Source: Caulobacter sp. (GTDB lineage: Bacteria; Pseudomonadota; Alphaproteobacteria; Caulobacterales; Caulobacteraceae). From it: a stretch of DNA of 64,000 nucleotides. Position 1 is the first letter of the stretch, and every line of letters begins with the position of its first letter. The notes under the pieces are model-generated. The model searched no databases, was not told the origin of the DNA, and saw only the letters and a list, made by a program, of their open reading frames with translations. A program made the translations under genes and the position numbers. The DNA is taken from contig NZ_DATFAV010000215.1 of NCBI RefSeq assembly GCF_035254145.1, forward strand, positions 1,229 through 65,228. The letters are read 5' to 3'. Shown here one piece after another: positions 57,771 through 64,000 of this stretch.

Positions 57771-59957
57771 CTAGAAATTGACCCCCAGGCGCAGGCCGTA
57801 AGTGCGCGGTGGCGCGTAAAACTCCCCATTGCCGTTGGTGGCCACGCCCGTCGTCGAGTTTGGCGACGAGGCGGTGCGCACATCGTCGTCCTCGAGGTTG
57901 CGGACATAGCCCTGCAGGTTCCAGCGATCGTCGGCGCTGGTGTAGGTCAGGCTGAGATCTGTCTTGGTGAAGCTGCCCTGCTTGTTCTGGGCGAAGCCAT
58001 GGTACTCGAGGTTCTTGCCGCTCTCGTAGTGTGTCTGGACGCGGCCGACGACCTTCGCGCCCGATGCGATCTCCCAGGTGTGCTGGTAGCCGACGTTCAG
58101 GGTCCAATCCGGCGTGCGGGCCATGCGGCAACCCGAGAAGTCGGTCGACCGCGGCGCCGCGGCGCTCCAGTTGGCCTTGAAGCAGGACGCGACCGTCGCG
58201 TTGGCGGCGTTGTTGGAGAAGGCGTCGCCTAGCGGCAGCACGAAGTCGGTGTAACGGGCGTGCAGCCAGCCCAGCGTGGCGTCGATCCGGTCGTTCTCGG
58301 TGATGACCAGATTGCTTTCGAACTCGACGCCGTAAACCCGCGCCTTCTCGGCGTTCAGGGTCACGGAAGCCTGCTGGCCGGCGATGATGCCCACGGCCGT
58401 GACCTGGAAGTCGCGGTAGTCGTAGAGGAAACCGGTGGCGTTGAACTGCAGGCGGTTGTCGAAGAAGCGGTTCTTCACCCCCGCCTCGTACGAGGTGATC
58501 TTCTCCGGCGCGTAGACGTTGTTGGCGACGCCGTCGTAGTAGCCGCCGGCCTTATAGCCCGTGGCGACGTTGGCGTAGAGCATGCTGGTGCTGGTGAGGT
58601 CGAAGTCCGCGCCGAGCTTCCAGTTGGTGGCGTCCCACTTGGCGTCGGCCAGGTTCTTGATGACCGTGCTGGTGATCGCCCCCGCCGAATTGGTCAGGAA
58701 GGTGCCGCCATCGCGCGCCTTGCGGTCCTCGGTGTAGCGCAGGCCGCCGGTGACGCGGAACCGATCCGTCACCTCGTAGGTGCCCTGGCCGAACACGGCG
58801 ATCGACTTGGCCGTGACCTCCGGCTGGATGAACGACAGGTACGAGTTCGTGGCCAGGAAGACGCGGAAGTCGACGTTGTTGTCCTCGGTGAAGCGGTAGA
58901 GCCCGACCACCCACTTCAGCTTGCCCGTGTCGCCGCCCAGGCGCAGTTCATGCGACCAGGTGTGGTCCTTGCCCTTGAAATAGTTGGGCGCGCCGGTGCT
59001 GGCGTTCTCGCCGTTCCGATCCAGGCGCGAGAAGTTGTAGCCGGTCAGATAGGTCAGGGTGGCGAAGCTCAGGTCCAGGTCGGCCTGTGCGTGAGCGCCG
59101 AAGAACTTGTTGTTGCGATAGAGGTTGGTGGCGCAGTTGCAGGTCCAGGGATCGCTGGTGGCCAACGCCGTGCCGTAGGTCTTGTCGCCGCCGCCGGCGC
59201 CGCCCTGGTGCAGATAGTCCGCGCCCGCGCGCAGCGAGAAGGTGTCGGTGGGCTTCCACAGCAACTGGACCCGCGCGGACTTGTCGTCCTGGTCGTAGCG
59301 ATCATTGCCGCCGGTCCCAGGCCCCTTGTTCAGCGCCTTTACGTAGCCGTCGTGGCGCGAGGTCTGGAAGGCCGCGCGCACGGCGATGGTGTCGCTGACC
59401 GGCAGGTTGACCATGCCCGAGGTGGTGATGGCGCCGTAATTGCCGACGTCGACCGAGCCATTACCCTCGTAGTCGAACTTGGGCTGCTTGGTGATGACGT
59501 TGATAGCGCCGGCCGTGGCGTTGCGGCCGTAGAGCGTGCCCTGAGGGCCGCGCAGAACCTCGACCCGGTCGACGTCGTAGAAGAGAGCGCCCACCGAGGT
59601 GGAACGGGCGATGTAGATGCCGTCCATGTGATAGGCGACCGCCGGATCGCCAACCTCGGTGGTGTTGGTGCTGCCGATGCCGCGCAGGAAGACCACCGCC
59701 GCGCCCGAGCCGCTGGAGCTGATCTGCAGCGCCGGCACCTGGGACGACAGATCCACGACCGTCTTGATGCCCTGGGCTTCAAGCTTGTCTCCCGTCACCG
59801 CCGATACGGTGAGCGGGGTCTTCTGAAGGTTTTCACTGCGGCGTTGAGCGGTCACGACCACTTCGTCGAGCTTCACGGCGCTGTCCTGAGCCGCCGCGCC
59901 AGGCGCGTGAAGGCCCGCGGCCGCCACGGCGGCCGATGCGAACAGAAGACTACGCAT
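57771..59957 (-). CDS. TonB-dependent receptor
   Basis: VVVTAQRR TonB box, RVEVLRGPQGTLYGRNATAGAINV, terminal F; ATG at 59957. Confidence 0.93.
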   Translation of the reverse strand: MRSLLFASAAVAAAGLHAPGAAAQDSAVKLDEVVVTAQRRSENLQKTPLTVSAVTGDKLEAQGIKTVVDLSSQVPALQISSSGSGAAVVFLRGIGSTNTTEVGDPAVAYHMDGIYIARSTSVGALFYDVDRVEVLRGPQGTLYGRNATAGAINVITKQPKFDYEGNGSVDVGNYGAITTSGMVNLPVSDTIAVRAAFQTSRHDGYVKALNKGPGTGGNDRYDQDDKSARVQLLWKPTDTFSLRAGADYLHQGGAGGGDKTYGTALATSDPWTCNCATNLYRNNKFFGAHAQADLDLSFATLTYLTGYNFSRLDRNGENASTGAPNYFKGKDHTWSHELRLGGDTGKLKWVVGLYRFTEDNNVDFRVFLATNSYLSFIQPEVTAKSIAVFGQGTYEVTDRFRVTGGLRYTEDRKARDGGTFLTNSAGAITSTVIKNLADAKWDATNWKLGADFDLTSTSMLYANVATGYKAGGYYDGVANNVYAPEKITSYEAGVKNRFFDNRLQFNATGFLYDYRDFQVTAVGIIAGQQASVTLNAEKARVYGVEFESNLVITENDRIDATLGWLHARYTDFVLPLGDAFSNNAANATVASCFKANWSAAAPRSTDFSGCRMARTPDWTLNVGYQHTWEIASGAKVVGRVQTHYESGKNLEYHGFAQNKQGSFTKTDLSLTYTSADDRWNLQGYVRNLEDDDVRTASSPNSTTGVATNGNGEFYAPPRTYGLRLGVNF

Positions 59958-60108
59958 CTCTTTCCCTTTGTCCTGGCTGGACTCGGAGCGCGCCGACGCG
60001 AACGCCGGACGCCACGGTTCCCAGGGCGCCATCCGGCGCCTGTTTGCGTTTCCTTGGGCCCCTTGTTCCGAGGCCTTTTCCCGACGCGGTCGTCGTCGCC
60101 AAGATGGC

Positions 60109-60185
60109 TACGACAACGTTGTCTCAAACTAGACAGCACGATTACGACAACGTTGTCTATGATCGATTCCATTGACACCGCTGTC
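60109..60185. promoter_or_regulatory. LacI-family operators, 2 x GACAACGTTGTC plus 1 variant
   Basis: TACGACAACGTTGTCT at 60109 and 60143; GACACCGCTGTC at 60174. Confidence 0.8.
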
Positions 60186-60307
60186 GAAAATATTGGCCAA
60201 CGGACGGAATTCGCCTCCGACGAAGGCCCATGGCGAAGCTTTGTTCGCCGGCCCCGGGCCAACGCCGAAAATCGGTCGTGTCTGGCGGGATCCTTGGCCG
60301 ATCCGGC

Positions 60308-61354
60308 CTAGGCCAGCGGCGGGGCGGCCGAGTCCCTCTGGACGAGGCGATAGTCCAGTTGGCGCGCCGCGACCCGGGCGCGGAGCCGCTCGTCGCCGAA
60401 TCCGTCGATCAGCATCTCGACGGCGGCCTCCGCCATCTCGGCGGTGGGCTGATGGACCGTGGTCAGGCGCGGCCAGGCCGCTTCGGCCGTTGGCGTGTCA
60501 TCGAAGCCGACCACCGAAAGATCGCGCGGCACGGACAGTCCGTGCTTGGCGGCGGCGGCCAGGGCGCCCACCGCCATCTCGTCATTGGCCGCGAAGATCG
60601 CGGTCGGACGCTCGGGCAAGCCCAGCAAGCGCTCCGTGGCGTCGAAGCCCGACAGGCTGAGAAACTCGCCCTTGGCGATCCATTCGGGCCGAGGCTCGAC
60701 GCCCCGGTCGCGCAACGCCTCGATATAGCCTTGGCGCCGACGCGCCGCCGAGCCGTGATCGGCGGGACCATCGATGAAGGCGATCCGCCGGTGACCCATG
60801 TTCCATAGCCGCAGGGTCTGCTCGCGCGCGGCCTTGCGATCATCCATGAAAACATAGGGCGAACGCTCGAACTCGCGATCCGGCGCGATGCGCACATAGG
60901 GCAGTCCCGCGGTCTCGACCGCCGCCAGAACCTCGGGATCGTCACAGGTTGGCGGGGTCAGCACCACGCCGTCGAACCGGGCGTCGCGCAGTTCGTCGGC
61001 GAACCCCTGGACGCCGCCCACGGCGTCGGGCGGCAGCACCTGTTCGACAACCAGGTGGTAACCGGCCCGGCGACAGGCGCGCATCGCGCCCACCTGAACC
61101 TCGCCCACATAGTGATAGGCGCCGACACGCATGAAGATCACGCCAATGAGATAGCTGCGGCGACTGGACAGCGAGCGAGCCGAGACATTTGGGCGATAGC
61201 CCATCGCCGCGACGATTTCCAAGACGCGCGCCCGGGTCTCGGCTCCAACCCCCTCTTCCTGGTTGATGACGCGCGAGACGGTCTTGATGGACACGCCGGC
61301 GGCTCGGGCGATGTCGACGATCGTGAACTTCGCGGCTGGCGGATCGCGCTGCAT
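60308..61354 (-). CDS. LacI family regulator
   Basis: TIVDIARAAGVSIKTVSRVIN, SVVGFDD, LTTVHQP; ATG at 61354. Confidence 0.94.
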   Translation of the reverse strand: MQRDPPAAKFTIVDIARAAGVSIKTVSRVINQEEGVGAETRARVLEIVAAMGYRPNVSARSLSSRRSYLIGVIFMRVGAYHYVGEVQVGAMRACRRAGYHLVVEQVLPPDAVGGVQGFADELRDARFDGVVLTPPTCDDPEVLAAVETAGLPYVRIAPDREFERSPYVFMDDRKAAREQTLRLWNMGHRRIAFIDGPADHGSAARRRQGYIEALRDRGVEPRPEWIAKGEFLSLSGFDATERLLGLPERPTAIFAANDEMAVGALAAAAKHGLSVPRDLSVVGFDDTPTAEAAWPRLTTVHQPTAEMAEAAVEMLIDGFGDERLRARVAARQLDYRLVQRDSAAPPLA

Positions 61355-61690
61355 GCGGCGACACCTAGCGAAAACGACGCGATGACGCGAGGATTTCAAG
61401 GCCAGGATCGCGCTCGGGCCAATAACGATGGACGCGCTCTAGACGGATTGCTCTGGGCCGCGATCCTCACCTCTCCGCCACGAGGCGTCGAGGCGAGCTT
61501 CGCGTTCAGTTGACTTGCCCCACCGACGCCGTGGCCGGAACGTCCACTGCTTCCCAACGCCATCAACACCTTGATGACGGAGCTTTGGGATCGGGGGTTA
61601 GCCGCGCCATGCCTAACCAGTTCCGCGGGCGGTGGAACTGTACAAGCGAAACTTGGCATTCGTCCCTTCGCGCCATCCTACTGGCGAATA

Positions 61691-63664
61691 TCAACGCCGG
61701 AGCGCGAAGCCGACATGGACGGCGCGCGGCGCCGAATAGCTGGTGACGCCGTCCGCCGTCTGACCGACCGCCAGATCGGCGTCGAGGGCGTTGTCCGCCG
61801 CCAGGTAGATCTCGCTGGTCGGCGACAGCGCCCAGCCGACCCGAAGGTCCAGGCTGGTCCCGGCCCTGAGCGTCCGCTGGTTAAGGTCATCCTCGAACCG
61901 CTTGCTCTCGTAGCGCAGGTCGGCGTCGAGGCTGAGCCGGTCGAACGGCTTCCAGCGCGCGCCGGCCGTGACGGTCAGGGCCGGCGCCTGGGCGGGGCGC
62001 TTGCCGGTCAGCTGAGCCGCCGCGCCCCCGCCGTCGACGCGGGCGTGGGTGGCCGAGAAAGCCGCGCGCACCGTCCAGGCCGGCGAAAGGTCGGCGGCGA
62101 TGTCGGCTTCCAGGCCGTAGGCGTTGATCTCGCCGGCGTTGCGCCGCCGGCGGAGCACCCCGCCGGCCGGGATGAAACCGGCCACCGGGAAGGTTGCTGG
62201 CCCGACGCCGACGGTGACGTTGGTGATCGGATCCTGGATCTGGTTGTAGAAGACGCCCAGGCTCCACTTCGCGGCGCCCTCGCCGGAAAGACCGGTCTCG
62301 ACGCCGTACAGGGTCTCGGGCTTCAGGGCGGCGTTGGCTTCGGTGACGTCGTTGCCGACGCGGAACGGGCGGTGGAGCTCGTTCAGGGTCGGGGGTCGGA
62401 AGCCGGCGTAGGCCGCCCCCCGCCACCAGGTCTGGCCCGACAGACGCTGGCGCACCCCGACGCGGCCTGTCGGCGTCGTTCCCGAGGCGTTGGCCGGTGG
62501 CGCGTCCAGCGTCAGGCCGCCGGTGGCCGTGTCCCGCTCGCGCCTGACGCCGTCGTACGAGCGCCAGCCGTCCAGCCGGGCGCCAGCCGCCAGGGAGAAG
62601 TCACGACGCGCGAAGGCCATCTCGGCGTAGAGACCGCCGACCAGGGTGCGGCCGCCGGCCGTGCGCTGGCGGGTGAAGGCGCCGCTCATGTAGCGGAAGA
62701 GCTCGTGGGTCTGGCCCTCGGTCGCGCGGACGTCGCCGCCCAGCTCCCAGGACCACTCGCCCCGCCCGCCCTGCCAGGCGGCGTTGAGGCCGTAGCCGCT
62801 GGCCGGAGTCGAATACTGGTCATTGGCCGGCGTCGTGCCGACCCGTCCCGCGGCGACGGCGGCGGAGGTGTTCTCGAGGTCGCTGGTCCGGGCCCAGGCT
62901 TGTACGCGCCAGGCCTCGCCGGCCAGGGTCACGGCCAAGGAGCCGCCGGTGGCGTTCGATCGCGCGCCGACCAGGCCGGCGTCACGCTTTTCCTGGAAGG
63001 CCCCCACCCGGATCGCCCAGCGCACGCCGCCCGCCGCGCCCTGGACGCGGGCGGCGATCGAGCCGTCCTCCAAGGTCGTGGGCGTATCGGCCGCGCCGGC
63101 CGCCGAACCCCGCACCGGTCGATACCCGTCGGTGCGCGAGCCGCTGGCGGTCAGCAGCAGGTGGTCGGTCCCGACGGTCCCGGCCGCGCGCCAACTGTCG
63201 CGCTGGCCGCCCTGGACCGTGAAGCTGGTGAGGCCGCCGCCGGCCGCCCGCTCGCGCAGGGCCACGACGCCGGTGAGGGCGCCGGCGCCGTAGGGCCCCG
63301 CCCCCGCGCCACGCACGATGGTCGCGCCCGAAAGGCCCTCGCCCGGCAGCGCCGTCCAGATCACCCAACCGCCGAACGGATCGTTCTGCGGCGCGCCGTC
63401 CAGGGTGACTAGCGCCCGGCCCGCGCCCGACGGCGCCACGCCGCGCAGCGACAGGCCCTGGATGGTCGGATTGGCCGCGTCGCTGCCCGTACGTCGAAAC
63501 AGCGAGACCCCGGGGGTGGTCTTCAGCACGTCGTCCAGCCGCGCCGCCGCGCCCAGCTGGGCGGCGTCGTAGACAGCCGTAGAGAAAGCCTCCTGCCCCG
63601 CCAGAGGCGGCAGGCGGGGCGCCTCGACAACGACGGCGGAAACCGGGGGCGGGGCGTCAATCAT
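61691..63664 (-). CDS. TonB-dependent receptor lacking an evident signal peptide
   Basis: PGVSLFRR plug, RALVTLDGAPQNDPFGGW, barrel strands. Confidence 0.85.
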   Translation of the reverse strand: MIDAPPPVSAVVVEAPRLPPLAGQEAFSTAVYDAAQLGAAARLDDVLKTTPGVSLFRRTGSDAANPTIQGLSLRGVAPSGAGRALVTLDGAPQNDPFGGWVIWTALPGEGLSGATIVRGAGAGPYGAGALTGVVALRERAAGGGLTSFTVQGGQRDSWRAAGTVGTDHLLLTASGSRTDGYRPVRGSAAGAADTPTTLEDGSIAARVQGAAGGVRWAIRVGAFQEKRDAGLVGARSNATGGSLAVTLAGEAWRVQAWARTSDLENTSAAVAAGRVGTTPANDQYSTPASGYGLNAAWQGGRGEWSWELGGDVRATEGQTHELFRYMSGAFTRQRTAGGRTLVGGLYAEMAFARRDFSLAAGARLDGWRSYDGVRRERDTATGGLTLDAPPANASGTTPTGRVGVRQRLSGQTWWRGAAYAGFRPPTLNELHRPFRVGNDVTEANAALKPETLYGVETGLSGEGAAKWSLGVFYNQIQDPITNVTVGVGPATFPVAGFIPAGGVLRRRRNAGEINAYGLEADIAADLSPAWTVRAAFSATHARVDGGGAAAQLTGKRPAQAPALTVTAGARWKPFDRLSLDADLRYESKRFEDDLNQRTLRAGTSLDLRVGWALSPTSEIYLAADNALDADLAVGQTADGVTSYSAPRAVHVGFALRR

Positions 63665-64000
63665 CTACTTCTGGGAGGACAGATAGGCGATGATCGCCGC
63701 TCGCTGATCCGCCGCGGAGACCCCGACCATCATCTTGGTTCCCGGCGCCGCCTTTCCGGGCGCGGCTAGAAAGGCGTCCAGGCGGGCCGTGCTCCAGGTC
63801 GTCTTCGACCGTTTCAGCGCGTCGCTGTAATTGTAGCCGGCCGCGGCCCCTAGCTTGCGGCCGACGACGCCCTTCAAGGGCGGTCCCATCTTTCCCGGCG
63901 CGGGCGTCAGGCCGTGGCACATGCCGCAGCGAGATTCAAACAGCGCCTGGCCGTTGGCCTGGGCCGCGGCGCTGGATCCGGCATGGAGAACCGGGACGAT
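63665..64000 (-). CDS. Cytochrome c (class I), 5' end off window
   Basis: Frame open to the window edge: ...AQANGQALFESRCGMCH...MGPPLKGVVGR...PGTKM. Confidence 0.92.
   Translation of the reverse strand: MVPVLHAGSSAAAQANGQALFESRCGMCHGLTPAPGKMGPPLKGVVGRKLGAAAGYNYSDALKRSKTTWSTARLDAFLAAPGKAAPGTKMMVGVSAADQRAAIIAYLSSQK

Noticed and set aside
1-64000. CRISPR array, rRNA, tRNA or riboswitch
   Set aside because: No repeat-spacer array or recognisable structured RNA found by eye; the 17-bp and 42-bp repeats have no spacers

Overview
High-GC alphaproteobacterial chromosome, very Caulobacter-like (rpmB, Suv3-like helicase-hslR-PAS/GGDEF/EAL-fdxA-carD, nhaA, four TonB-dependent receptors). The standout is a ~14 kb accessory locus (14927-28929) with no integrase in view, built from two mirror-image paralogous cassettes. 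Each cassette has a TIR-TM-TPR protein, an overlapping small protein ending in a DPD[IV]xN motif, and a TPR-SLOG-class III nucleotide cyclase. There are also two Crp/Fnr regulators, CRP-type GTGA-N6-TCAC sites, two orphan small ORFs and a divergent zincin-peptidase operon. One cassette keeps the cyclase and cNMP-binding residues and the other has lost them. This suggests a TIR > SLOG > cNMP > Crp signalling or conflict cascade that I do not recognise as an experimentally described system. The rest of the window holds an ECF sigma/FecR/TonB receptor/PhoD module, several regulator-enzyme pairs with visible palindromic operators, GH31/GH3 glycoside utilisation genes, an amber-interrupted acyl-CoA ligase, an IS6 remnant, and a cytochrome c separated from an in-frame signal-less TonB receptor by a single TAG. 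All family assignments come from motif recognition by eye, not from database searches.
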